Shown here: positions 11,605 through 24,306 of the stretch, piece after piece
How the letters are laid out: every line of letters begins with the position of its first letter
Numbering within the stretch: the stretch's first letter is position 1
Source of the DNA: Lenisia limosa
Taxonomy: Eukaryota > Protista > Breviatea
DNA length: 45,535 nucleotides
Assembly: GCA_001655205.1 (NCBI GenBank)
Contig: LPNZ01005159.1
Location: 1-45,535, forward strand
Direction: 5' to 3'
The notes under the pieces: generated by a model
What the model was told of the DNA's origin: nothing
Database searches by the model: none
Seen by the model: the letters and a program-made list of their open reading frames with translations, nothing else
Translations under genes and position numbers: made by a program

Positions 11605-14343
11605 TTACAATTTATGCCTTGTGATGAAAAACACAATATGCTCAGCTGTCGTTTCAGGGTTGTCTTCATGGATGGCATGACCTGAATTGCCATAAATGAA
11701 TATGAATGTTTCTCAGCCTGCAATCAAAACAATCCTTTGATAACCAGAAATAGACACCCCACTGACCAGCGTTATACACCACACAAGTTTGGAATTTCCC
11801 CATCATTTGCGCAATTGTGAGGTCCTGAAGAAGGTCATAGTTATCTTTTGGAAGAAGTAAAAACGATTTCCATAGACTGCTACGCCATGACAACCTTGTC
11901 CAATCTGTCTGTTCCAGCTAAAACAAGAACCTTGGGAACAGATGTGTCCAAGAAGTCCTGAGAGAGTCCTTTGTACCACCCTAGAGGTTAGAAGCAATCG
12001 TCTCAAGCCAGAAGATATGAAGGAGTTCAATGTTTACAATGCAGAGAGAAAAAGAACAACTGTCACTCAAAACAGGCCACAGCAAACCATTCCAGAAAGG
12101 CTGGGACGCCCCAAGGTCTGTTCGCCACGTCAGCATGTTACCTTGGGATTTTTTCGATCTACTCGATCTGTGGAAACAGATAACAAAAAAAGAGAGAAGA
12201 CAGTTCTTCAATCTGATTATCTCATATGGCCGGGCCAAAGTAAAGCACTATGACTCATAGAATTCAAACCTTTGCATCAATCTTTGGCTCAGATTCAACC
12301 CAGGGCGATTTGCTTCAGTGTGAGAAAAATTAAATCAGTTCGTCTGTTGGTCCGAAAAAGTAATCCAAATACTGAAAGAATGAAAGGTATTATTCGATGT
12401 TGTCGAAAGAATGAAAGGTAATTCGATGTATCTGTGTATTATTTGGTCTAGTTCCAAGCATAAGCATTACAGAAATAATAATGCACGGAAGATGAGACAC
12501 AAACCTGAAGGAGACGGGGGGAGAGAGCTCGACGATCTGGGGGCAGGTGGCTTCATTGCTGAAGGTGGGGGTCGTTTCATTGCTAGTGGAGAAGGGGTTT
12601 TCTCAGACCTGAATTGTAAGATAGAAAATGAAGAGAAAAATAAACCAAATACAGCGAAAATAGATTTTCTCATGTCTAAGCAATAGCTCACGAAATACTG
12701 TCGGGTGATGGCGGAAGGTCAAGCGACCCTGTTCCTTCTTCTTCCTCTTCTGCTACGGTGTTGATTCTAAAAAAAATAAGTACACCAAAGAAACCCCATT
12801 AAAAGATTACCCACTCTTTTGGAGCCTCAATTGGGGACATGAAAGCAGGCCTCTTGGGTGAAGGTGACTCCTGGCCCTTTGGAAGGGGGCGGATAGTGGG
12901 GGGAATGGAAACTCGGGCTGACTGCGCGTTACGAATAGTATTGCTCTTTACCCTATAACGTGATGATAGAATGCATGTATACTCACACTATATCTAGATA
13001 GAGTATCATACTAGTATTATATATGATATATATCATATGATATATATTAAAATATCCATATCATATCATATATTATACTACACAATAAATTGATATGGAT
13101 ATTTTTGAGCTTCACTTTCAGTTCCAAAAGACATCTTATCGATATTTATCGAAAATTAAGTCTTAATCCGGAAGAGTAACTTATACATATTTTCAGAGTA
13201 TATATCATATGGTACAATGACCATAAATCTCTTTCTAAACAAAAAGGTCACCATACTCACGCATATTCGATGGCCATTTCGACAGTTCTGAATTTCTGCG
13301 GTCTTTGTGAGAGGAAATACGGCATATGTGGCAAAGCAGACAGCGCAGTACCTTCCACAACTAAAAACCATGACACAGTGCTTGCAACCTGAATACTGTT
13401 CCATATCCACAAATAATGTACTATATAACCAAAATGAGAGTCGGAATAATAAAAGAAGACAACATTAGGGTCATCTCGAGTGTATTACAGTTTCATGAAT
13501 GTCAATTACCCATGAGGACATGAGGGGACATGGTTATCACCGCGTGAAAAAGATAGTTAGAATCTGAGAAAATGGCTCAAAAGTGACATTACTGATCATG
13601 CAGTTCCCACCGTCAATGACAAAGAGTCCCTTGAGGCCTCTGATGACACCCTGATTTGCTGCCCTCACAGCCACTGCACCACCCATGCTGTGCCCAATCA
13701 CAATGACATCCTTGTCTCCTGCGAGGTCAGATCACGGCTCCGGTTGCGTATATCTTACCAGTAACGGCTGTTGCTACTTTGCCGCAATCCTCAACAAGCC
13801 GCTCAATTGATAGGTCACTGTCATCCTCTGTTTGTGAATCACCTATAACAGTCAAAGGGAATATTGTAATCCCAACTAACCGTGACCACGACAATCGTAA
13901 GAAACCACCTGACATACTTCCTTGACGTGTGGCTACTGTGTCACAACGTAGTAGTAGTAAATTAGAATGTAGAACCCATTAATCCTCTTACAGCCAAAGC
14001 AGCGAAAGAAAGACCTGCCATACCCCCTCCATGCAAGCAGAAGAGAATAGGTCCACTTGACTCCTCCGTTTTATACACCATAAATTTCTACAAATTCAGA
14101 TAAAAAAAACACAACTATTTAAAAATGGTACCTTCCATCAACTCCCCTTACATCATTTCCAATTTCAACCATATCTCGAGTTGCAAAAAAATCTGACCAG
14201 GGAAGCGGAGATGAGTCAAAGGGTTCCATTTCGCCTGGTCTAAATTCAAAATAAAACATAGTGTAAGATATGAGAAGGCAAAAGACCCTTATAGCTGAAT
14301 ACCTTATAGGTGGCGCGCCAGTTTTAAAGATTCCCCTTTGCAT
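11605..14343 (-). CDS. PPME1: Protein phosphatase 2A methylesterase 1 (PME-1), multi-exon
   Basis: Spliced motifs SPLPWSDFF, LFCLHGGGMAGLSFA, IVIGHSMGGAVAV (nucleophile elbow), LFVID|VVEGTALSALPHM..RPQKFRTVEMAIEYA|VKSNTIRNAQSARVS, LTWRTDLGASQPFWNGWYKGLS, VLAGTDRLDK|DLTIAQMMGKFQ, GHAIHEDNP. All are collinear with human PME-1 and yeast Ppe1. Confidence 0.93.
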
Positions 14344-14624
14344 ATTTGTATGCAATAATGCAATACTTAAGCAGTTCGGTGTATTATTTTACAATATTGT
14401 CCTTCCACACCCACCCCTGGAACAAGAAACAATATTTAGTAGGGTGACGTAAATCCTGCAAATCAGTTCTCACCTGATTCTCCCGCGCACCCCCACTTTC
14501 CCTCCAGAAATATATTTTCATTAAAAAGAGCTTGAAGAGCTGAAGAATAAAGAGCTCTGCAGCTCCCCCCCCCCTTTTTTTTTTTCACTACACAGGAATA
14601 TAATCAACTACATAATAACACATA

Positions 14625-17095
14625 ATGTTGTTTTTATCATGGATAGTTTTGCTCTTCTTTTCCCATGTTAAAAGGTAAGATTGAAGCGAGGTTTCTTGTC
14701 ACTTTTTCTCAACAGCTCATGTAGTTTGTCCTCGGATACCTCAGGTCTCATTATTGGAGCGCGCTTTTCCAATGAAACCAATGACAACGCGGCAGTCATA
14801 AAAGTATGCTTCAAACTTTTGATTGTCTAAGTTCAATATTGTAAGATAGTAACCACACAGAAAGAATTCAATGAGGCTCTTGCTGAGCAGAGTGCGCTTG
14901 TTCAGGCCCAGGCTCTTTTGATCTCCCAGTTGCAGGTGTGTGTATTTCTTTGGAGCAAAGTGTTGTTAGTTTCGGGATTTGTATAAATCAACAGAATCTG
15001 ATACATACAATATCATATGATATGATATTTCCATGTTGAAAAAAGAGAAAAAAAAAAGGTAGCCAAGCACGCCGCCTATCAGCTTTATGAAGGATATGAT
15101 ATTATACAAAATATTTATCCATTTAGTAATAATACACCTTTCATCCAAATATCATGTAGTTATTTTACTCTCTAAAATAATGAATTTAAACAACCCCTTA
15201 TCATTTCAGGAGAGAACGCGGGATCTTGAATTGGTAGGTACTGGCTGTTTAACTGAACTTAGAATGATTTGTTTAATTTTAAATACTATTATCTGGTTTT
15301 CTGCTTGATTTATTTATGATTCAGAGCACAGGACGAATTATAGTGACAGTAGAAAGGAAGGTAAGCCTTTTTTGCATTTGGTAGATAAAATACAAACACA
15401 TTATAGCACAAGGTTTTGTCATTCCTCAGGCTGTTTCTGGTTCGAGCTACGACTGGGTATTCCCAAAAGTGGATCCCAAATTCGTCACAACTCGGCATGC
15501 TTCATCTCAGGTTGGTCCTCAAGATGGTTGTAAAGAATGGACACTTTTTTTATTCTATTTTTCTGTAAAAAAACAACTCGACCGAGGAGGACAATGGGAA
15601 ACCCTCAACATTCGTGGTAATACTGACCTTCATATTATTGAATTAAAGACAACAAGTGCCTTATGAAAGCTCAAATTTTCCAAGAGTTTTGGAGGTTTCC
15701 TTTTCCTTCCATGTTGGTGCCTTACAGAACTTAGTCTTCTTCTGTTTTCGAAGTCCAAAGCTGCTCTTTCAGTGACAGAACTGATACTTCTCTCAATATT
15801 CGCTTTGTTGAAGTGAATGTGAGCCTTTCCTATGCATTTTATTAGTACTGTTGTGGTAGTATGTCTTATTAGCTTTAATTTACGTCGTAGTATGTGGAAA
15901 AACCGGTGGACTTTGTATCTCTCTTTACGTTTTCAAGAGATCCAAGTTTTGCATCGGCTGTCTTTTTTGTGAGAGGGAAACGTAGCATTTTTCTCTCCCC
16001 CCCCCCCCCNNNNNNNNNNNNNNNNNNNNNNNNNNNNNNNNNNNNNNNNNNCCAGTTACCTACTCTCTGGGTGAGGGAAGGAAGTTTTGAAGTACCTATA
16101 TGATGCCTCCTTTTTTTTATTTCTCTTTAGATGAAATTCCTGTTGTTTTCGGAGCCCCTGAGCGAGAATTCTCATCTGACACAACTATTGATGTGGTAAG
16201 TTGTCTTTTTTGCTTGGGATTGATTATGCTAAACTAATGGTGTTAGATGTGGATTCCTATTGTGCCAACCACAACAAGTACTGAACTCCGCGCTTACCAA
16301 GCCTTAACAACAACGTGGGGAAACTGGGAACTAGGGTGTTGTAATTCTTTGTCGAAACGTATAAAAAGCAAAAATCAGTTCTTAACACCTGAGAATGTGA
16401 GGGTAGGGGGGAGTGGAAGCAACTTGACAATAGATTTTTTTCACTGACGCAGGACGGCTTATCGCTTCGGATTCACAGCTCTTTCTCCATCGCTTGTTGT
16501 CCCTTCTGGCTTTCAGTTTGGTGTTTTCCTAACCGGAGCGGTTTGCTTAATATTTTACCTTCTTGCTTTTGATTGTTCATGAGAATGTTGTAATGCAAAT
16601 AGTATGTGTCTCTAATCACTATGATAACAGTTTTAAAAGCATTACAGTACTTATTTGATGTTTGCTCTGCAACCTTAACTCTTATAGACCAGCGCTAACG
16701 AAGTAGTTTTCCCAACTGCCTTCTCTTCAATCCCAGCTATTGTCTTACAGGTAAGGAAGGATTTAGAGGCAGTTATGATGGAAATGCAATTCCAAGGTAA
16801 TTCTGTAAAGAATGAAAGGATCTCTCACTCAAGCTGATAACTTTAGGTTGTAGATAATGACAGCAACTCTCTGACAGTTTGCAGTAAGTGATAGTCCCAT
16901 AAAACTGTTTTTTTTTTAACGAATTTAGATGTTAATACGGCATCGGCCTCCTCTTTCACTTTCAGTTGCCGTTATCAATGTATGCATTATTATTTACTTA
17001 TCTGACTTCTATATATAGTGACTGCGGAAGAAGGATGCAGTATTTGCTACTCTATCCATTGGATGGCAGCAGAAGAAGGAACGTACACAATTTAA
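14625..17095 (+). CDS. Secreted protein: signal peptide + short coiled coil + at least two tandem H-type-lectin/gp53-C-like beta domains
   Basis: Exon 1 MLFLSWIVLLFFSHVK is a signal peptide. Heptad segment KEFNEALAEQSALVQAQALLISQLQERTRDLEL. Domain A: VTYSLDEIPVVFG..SSDT..VPTTTSTELR..AYRFGFTA. Domain B: GFQFGVFLTG..EVVFPTAFSSIPAIVLQVVDNDSNSLTVCNVNTASASSFTF..YSIHWMAAE. Stop TAA 17093-17095. One N-gap inside. Confidence 0.55.
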
Positions 17096-17572
17096 GTCAG
17101 AGTTTTTTTAAGATTACACGTTTGTCAGCATTACGCAGAAATTTTATATTTATTTACTATTCACAAAAACCTGCATGGAGTTGTAAGGGAAACTAAGTGA
17201 ATGTGACTAGTGATGTGTTATTTCTTCATAGAACTCAACTCTCTTCCGCCTCAAGCTTAAGTGTTAAGTACAGAATATATATTGAAACAAAAATTGATAC
17301 AATAGAAGAAGACCCTAAAAAAGGTCAGGTAAGGTGAACAACAATACAGAGTATATATCTCTAATGATATTATGCTACACCGATCACCAAAAAAAATCTT
17401 GAGAGCAAGAGAAAAGCAATATCAGCTAACGCTCCCACAAACTTAATATCCAGGTACAGCAATAAGCCCAGTTGGGCAAACAGCCAAGGGACGAGGTGGC
17501 TTTACTGAGAGGTCAAGGGGAAGAAGCAAAAAATGGTAAGGGCTTCCCAACGGCTCGATATTAATTGAGAAC

Positions 17573-20500
17573 TTATTGATGTCCTCTTTTTATTTTGAAC
17601 TGGTTTGCATCCCACAAACTAAGTGTCAGCTTGTTCTTCGACCGAGTGATGGAAGAGTCTTTAGAAGAGAGAAGAGAAGAAAGGATGTGTACGAGTGAGG
17701 TGGCACCTCTGATGACACCGAGGTCAGGCTCCGCACTGTCCAAATAGGAATGTGCAAAGTCAATGAGCTTCACTTCAACTGCAAAGTCAATAAGTCATGC
17801 ACAACAAGGACAAAAGAAACACACAATATAGACATGCCCACCATTTTGGGTATCTGGTGCGGCAGCGTCATAAACAAAGAGAATTGAGGCACTGTAAAAT
17901 CTATACTTTTTTGATGACTCCAAAAACGTCTAAAAATGCATCAGAGGGGAACAGTTGTTAACTTTTACAAAAAAAGATAGAGGAACAAGGGCGGAAGAAA
18001 AATCCAAAGTATTCTCACCAGGAGTTCCTTGAGTTTGATGAGGACAGACTCTACAATGGCAACTCTAAGTTCGGAAGATGATGACAGGAAGAACTGGACC
18101 GTGACAAAGGACATGTAGTGAATCTATCAAGTTTCCCTCGCAATCCGAATGACTTTATCTCATTATGTCTTTTTGGGATCTTAAGCCTTAGTGTAAAGGT
18201 AATATATTGTGTTGCTATGAGACTGAATCTTGTCAATATATTGATTTGAATTTCAATCCTGTTGAGGACTTAAAGAGCACTATCTGACATAATATGGTAG
18301 ACTTTTTGACAACAACATCAACATGAAAGTTACGGGAGCATGAAGAGAATGAATAAACAAAAAATCAGGCGCACCTGCATGATAGCATTTGATACGGTGT
18401 CAGGAGTGATCTTTCGGCCCTCGAATTTGTCCATTCGGTACACCTCGGCTGGTCGGTGCACCTGAATTGTTAGTGGAGCGTGGGATGGCAATCGTCAGGG
18501 GTACCGGTAGCATCTTAAAAATGGGTTCAGCCAGCTTAGTTTCTTAACTGCGCAAATGTTGGCGCATGTAGGGTAGTCATCATATTTGTTACCGGCCTTG
18601 ACCTACCTTACCTACCCCTTACCGTACCATACCTATCCAAAATAGTGTATTTATACATATCGATACATAAATACATGTATATATATGCATATACATATAT
18701 ATAATATATATAATATATATAATATAATATGATTTGATATGTATGTATGTATTATGTATGTAGACAAAACCCAAAAACAAAGACCCTTACCACCCGTGCA
18801 TACTTGCATTCCACATATTCGGAACCCTAAGGGGACAGAAGTCGAGTTATGGCACTGGAAAAGTAAGAAAAGTGAAAAAACAAAAAAAACAAGAGATCGC
18901 CAAATGGAAAATTAAACGAACTATGCCCAACTTTTTTGATGAGTCTCTCCCGTTTAGCATCAGAAGCTTCATCACCATATTGACGGCATCCAACCTGGTA
19001 GGGGTAAACGAAGGAAATTTCGATGATTGGCGGAAAGGTAAATCGCGAATCGAATAATCTAACCAGATAAAAAAAAATCTCTCATAGTAAATTGAAACCT
19101 TTAAGAAACAAAAAAACCCTGTATCATGCTGTACGATAAAGCTAGACAATAAAGTATCTTACCTCGCTAACCCCACATATCTGTATTCATGTACAAAATC
19201 GAGTGTTGAATAAAATTATTACAAATAAATCACAATTGAAAAAGGGGGGGAGGGGCTGGGTAACTAGAAAGTTTTTAAGGCAAGGTGCCAAACCAGAAAC
19301 TGGCTTGTGAACTAAAAAAACATAACAGCCTGTGTAATCAAAGAAATATTTGAACATGACAGCAAAAATTATATTGACAATTTTCTGGGTGGCACTCTGC
19401 TTAAAAGAAGCATGTTAATATAACAATATGAATACGACAGAAAATACAGTCCCAAAGGAGGACAGCCCACTTTCAGGTCGATAATGCAAGGCTTGGTCAG
19501 GGAATGTGTCAAGTCCTCGAGACAGGTATACCATCCGATTCCGTCTCCGCCTCCGGGCCAACCACAGCCGCCGGTCCAGTTTGTCCTAAATGACATGATA
19601 CAAGAAGGGTCGTTGTGGCGTATATGTATTGATTTTCAATACAACGAAAAACGAAAGAGAATTTACTACATTTTGCTGATAACAAGGTAAAATATGGTAT
19701 GGGTGAGCTCATAGTATAAGAAGATGAGCACACTTACTTTATGGGGTAGTCAGTTTTGGTACTTTGGATTTTCCTGAGCTTTGAAGGAAGAGGATCTGCG
19801 CTGTCTGCTTCCACCTTGAAGAAATAAAAACGGATAAATGCTGTGACAGTAAAAGTGGATCCAGCTTTGGATTACGGTTAATGGAGGAGTAGCAAATTTA
19901 GAAACCCCATCTTACAGCTCCAATCAACTTGGGTACAAAGGGAAGGAGTGGATCCCTGCTATTCACAAGAGATGTATAGAACATGAATTCCTGTGGGGGT
20001 GGGGGGGTAATATTGGAAAATTTATGAAACAAAAAAAAAAAAGNNNNNNNNNNNNNNNNNNNNNNNNNNNNNNNNNNNNNNNNNNNNNNNNNNNNNNNNN
20101 NNNNNNNNNNNNNNNNNNNNNNNNNNNNNNNNNAGTAATAGCAAAATTAAAAATAGAAATACAATACTCCTTAAAAAGAGAAAATCGATGAAATATTGTA
20201 CAAAAATAAAAAGGAACCTGGTTACCTAAAGTATAACTATCACATGTTTTAAAGGTGATTTGTGAAAATAACATGATTTGATTTGTTAGAGATATTTCAA
20301 TATTAATATCAGGCCAAATAACAGACTTGTGGGATTAAGGGCTTCAGGATTGTGCCCTGGTCCAGGCCAGAAAGCATTAACCCATGACCAGCAACCTGGA
20401 AAAATCAAATAAACCCTGGATGGAAATACCATTGCATTTACAAAAAAAGGCAAAAACGAATATCATCCGCCTACTTGATGGGCAAAAGAGGCAGAGTTTG

Positions 20501-20657
20501 AGGATGATCGTCTCCGCCTGAGGTTCACGGCTGCGTCTCCAACAAAGACCTCACAGGACTTGTCGGCAACAAAGTCACTGGAGGCCTTTTGGGATGAGGG
20601 TCTCGTCAGCTTAGGGCCAGGCTTTTTGATGATCGACGAAGGATTAACATTATTCAT
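17573..20657 (-). CDS. Inositol polyphosphate kinase (IPK family: IPMK/IP6K-like), multi-exon
   Basis: FAHQ|VAGHG..GTILKP, LPFVPKLIG, CLEDLTHSLTKPCIIDLK (PxxxDxKxG signature), TSVPLGFRICGMQ, MDKFEGRKIT, YRFYSASILFVYD (SSLL-type motif), KLIDFAH, DLGVIRG. The exact 3' end is uncertain. Confidence 0.9.
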
Positions 20658-20983
20658 GAAAAGGTGAAATAAAAGAAGATTACTTAAGGAAGTTAACCCA
20701 TAGAAATGGACTTTATTTGCTCTTTCCTAAGTGTTTTTATTGTAAAGTGCAGAAGAAGACTTCTATACGGTTCTAGAAAGACAGATTCTGGAATAGTATG
20801 CTCAGAACAAAAGGTGTTTGACTGACATATAAGTTCACAAGGGAAGAATAACAGAATAACGCCACTTTTAAAGAGGTTAACACATTTCAATTTTTTAATT
20901 TAAAAGGCCCGGGACGGGGAGCTGGGTTGAGTGTTTTTTTGCGCTTCAAAAGAAGCAAGCGGTTGAAACAATTACAACTAGAA

Positions 20984-23900
20984 ATGAGTGAACCATTGGC
21001 AGAGGAGCTACCTCCTCTTTTCCACTCATCATCTCAGAATCTTCCAACTGCAATTCCTCGCCACCTACAGGATGCCAGCCCCCCTAAAGACAGTAATGGG
21101 ACCTCATCAGATCGTCTTAATAGACCACCTGAGGTGTCGACGCTTTCCCTCGCCTCGGACAGTCTAGGCTTCTCTCCTGTAAATGGAATGGGAACTGATT
21201 CTCTCCCAACTCCACCTTCTTCTAATGCTTTTGGACCAACTGACAGATCAGCGTCCCCAACTTACAGGTGTGTTGGATAGATGGTTCATATTTTTACAAT
21301 CTTCTTTTCCTATTGTCGTTTTTTTGCTGTTCTCCAAGTAGTTTTGTGTTCGCGCTATAATATGTGTCTTTTGAAATCATCACTCCCTAATAGTAAATAA
21401 TACCTGGGAATCTGGTAATACAACTCTTTTGCATTGTCTAAGATTCAAAAATTACACAATATATGGAGATATTCCATTAACTCAAGGCCGAGTCATACAA
21501 TCCATTTGGAGCATTGGGTAAGAAGGGACCTCCAGGCACCTATTAACGCCAGCAGGTCACAGTCACCATCCACGGTCCGGCTGAAGGCTCAGGGCCAGAA
21601 TCGCAGGAGAGCCCAGTCTTCCGAGCTCTTTGAGGGTCGCGGCATGGCTCGGTCCGGCAGTATTTCTGGCATCCCTTCTTCGCATGTGGGGCATGCGGAG
21701 GGACCTACAAGGATGCAGCATTCTTCTACATTTGTGATCCAGCAAGATGTGCGTGGGGTCTTTGTTTTAGATCAATTTGAATGACGTGTGTTGTGAATTT
21801 TGATTTGTATTATTACAATAAAAGTTAAATCTCACGATTTAGCAAGAAGAAGATGAGTCTCCTTCAGTTTCCGCCTTAAGACATGCAGTGCGTCCTCTTT
21901 CCGGTTTGTATCTCCATTTCCTAGTGACAATTGATACTGTTTTTGAAGTAAACCTAACTTTCAAGGTGTCTCCATCCCCAACGCTATTATTGCAGCAGTG
22001 TCCGTAATAGTTTTTTGGTCACTTCTTCTTTTATTGGAGACTGCTTCACTGCTCTTTTTCCTCATTTCAGTCCCAATCATTATCTACCTCTCCTTTGTCC
22101 AACTAATGGTGAGACTTTGGTGGATTGGAGGAATTGAACTATGTTCTTCCACCTATGTATTCGATATATTGTATATATTTTATGTGATATAATACAACTA
22201 TATATCGATATGTATATATATGTGTGTAGTTGATGCATATATAGTATATATATGTAGTATATATGTAGTATATATCTATAATGTATTTATGTATGTACTA
22301 TATTATAGTATATAGTATAATGCATGTACATACATATATCATATGTGTTCACCCCAAATAGCTTCTTCACGAATGTGTGCACTTCAACATCTACCGTGGC
22401 CCCATGGCCTCTAACATCAGCATGGTTCTTGCTGCCGTCTTCTCTATTGCGTCTGGCCCCTTCAAGTGGGCCCTGGTGATTTGAAAATTGCATTACTATA
22501 ACGCTAACAATTGCTGTTTATTCGTCAATTGTCTCGTATTTCCAACTGCATCACCACCCTTACCATTTCAGTCTGTTCCAGCNNNNNNNNNNNNNNNNNN
22601 NNNNNNNNNNNNNNNNNNNNNNNNNNNNNNNNNNNNNNNNNNNNNNNNNNNNNNTTCGGACACCAACCACTCAAGGAAGGATCCTCATTGCCGAAACCAG
22701 GCTTGTATGTCTTTTTTTACCATTCACTGGTCTATTTCGATTGATGGAGAATTCGTTTCTACTTTTCTACTCCTTTTCTAATTATCACAGTCGGTAGCAT
22801 GACATCCCGGGTGTACAGATGGGCAACGTCTGACGCAGCTTACTTCAAAAACTACGTTTCTGCGATTGAGCATAGGCCCAACAAGGAAGTGGTATGAAGG
22901 CCCAAAACTACTCAGTTATTGAAACTTGATAATTCACTGTTTTCTTAATGGTATTTACTGTTTACTATTCTCTCCGTTCTTCATCAAAGAGTAGAACAAA
23001 TACATTTGATATAATATCAATCGATATAGATATATATAGTATATATCATAAAAAATTATCTTTTATGTCACCCTTATCAAATTTTTTGTGAATCACAATA
23101 TCTCCATTGGCTTTCTTTTGGGTGATATTATGGTACTAAAGCACACTTTTTACCTTCTGCTGAACCCAGTATTCCTAACTCTTGACTTTTTTTCTGCTTT
23201 CACGATACAGCTGATGTCGGTGTCGCAATTGGCCCTCGCTATCTTCTTTCTTCTCATGCTTCTCGCAACCAATCATATCATGGTTAGATGGGACATTGTT
23301 GATATTATCCGCATGTTTTCTTCTCAACTTCTTACATCTTGATATCTTGTTCTAATCCCTTTAGATTGTGATCACTCTCCTATTTTGTGGCAGAATGGCG
23401 ATTCTGATGTACAGCATTGGTATGGAAGCCATCCCCCACACCAAAGTACGCGGCTTATTCTCCAAACCTGAGAGCGATACAAAAACTCCACAAAATTCCA
23501 AAAGAACTAAATTTTTCAATCTATTATTGTTTTTCCTTCTCTGTCACATCCTAGACTCCTTTCTCACACTCTGTCCGCTACCAAATCACACGGTTTATCT
23601 CGTATCCAAGGTGAGTCATTCTACTTTTGGAGTTTTAATGGTCAATTATTTAACACAATTAACGTTCCTTAGCGGACTTGGCGTTATTATGTATTATTTA
23701 TCTTTGGGTGCAACTGAGCACCCCCTCCATCATCAGTTCCCTTCTGTCCCCTGGTATAGACTTAGGTTGGTTACCCTAAGTTTCATTTATCTGTTGATTA
23801 CTCAAATGAGTGTCAAAATCAAGACCACTTTGCTTATTCTTGATGCTTCTTTTCGTATCATATTGTTATTGTGATGTTGTGGACGGCTTCGGTCAGATAC

Positions 23901-24100
23901 AACCTTGTTTTTTATTTCTCATTTCTATATTATATCATATGTATACAAATTCAAAATATTGAGCTTTTTCATCTTTCTGTTATTAACGTGATGAAGAGCT
24001 TTACCACTGACTATGTAGGGCTCTCCACCAATATAACAACTGGAACACTAAGTACTCCAGTGTCCCAGTGGAGAAGGCTCTCAGTGAGTTGTTGAATTAG
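20984..24100 (+). CDS. Membrane-bound His-box fatty-acid-desaturase-superfamily enzyme, CrtR (beta-carotene hydroxylase)-like, with long Ser/Pro-rich N-terminus
   Basis: TM exon ..LISVPIIIYLSFVQLM|LLHECVH (box 1, 22368-22382). After the gap, SDTNHSRKDPH is the TN..DP motif that normally follows box 2, so box 2 presumably lies in N-gap 22583-22654. Then MEAIPHTK|TPF..ITRFISYP|SGLG.. and box 3 HPLHHQFPSVPWYRL (23719-23733). No HPGG cytochrome b5 domain seen. The 3' end is approximate. Confidence 0.75.
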
Positions 24101-24306
24101 GTTAGGTTTCTTTTTTGATATCCGGTAATATACAGTTTTTTTTAGGAAATTATATTGCAATAATAGTCATGAAAAATAACCTTGTTTATACTTATAACCA
24201 CTCAGTCATACATAACAAAACCAAATTTTACTTTCAGGGGAAAACAAGGACCATTAATTACCATGTTCAAGTTAGACAGCAAGTGGTCCACTTGACTGTT
24301 GAAGAA

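Noticed and set aside
11860-11910. GCHGVAVYGNRFYFF in ORF 11803-12030, resembling a kelch repeat
   Set aside because: It lies in a PME-1 intron, and the spliced PME-1 frame explains the region.
4599-20657. Run of signalling genes (LAMTOR1-like, RasGEF, PME-1, IPK) as a TORC1/PP2A cluster
   Set aside because: These are common eukaryotic genes from loosely related pathways, and nothing in the sequence supports functional clustering.
22540-22575. HHHPYH in one frame, tempting as desaturase His-box 2
   Set aside because: No AG acceptor precedes it. The canonical intron 22466-22571 removes it and gives PFNLFQ running into the gap, where the true HxxHH probably lies.
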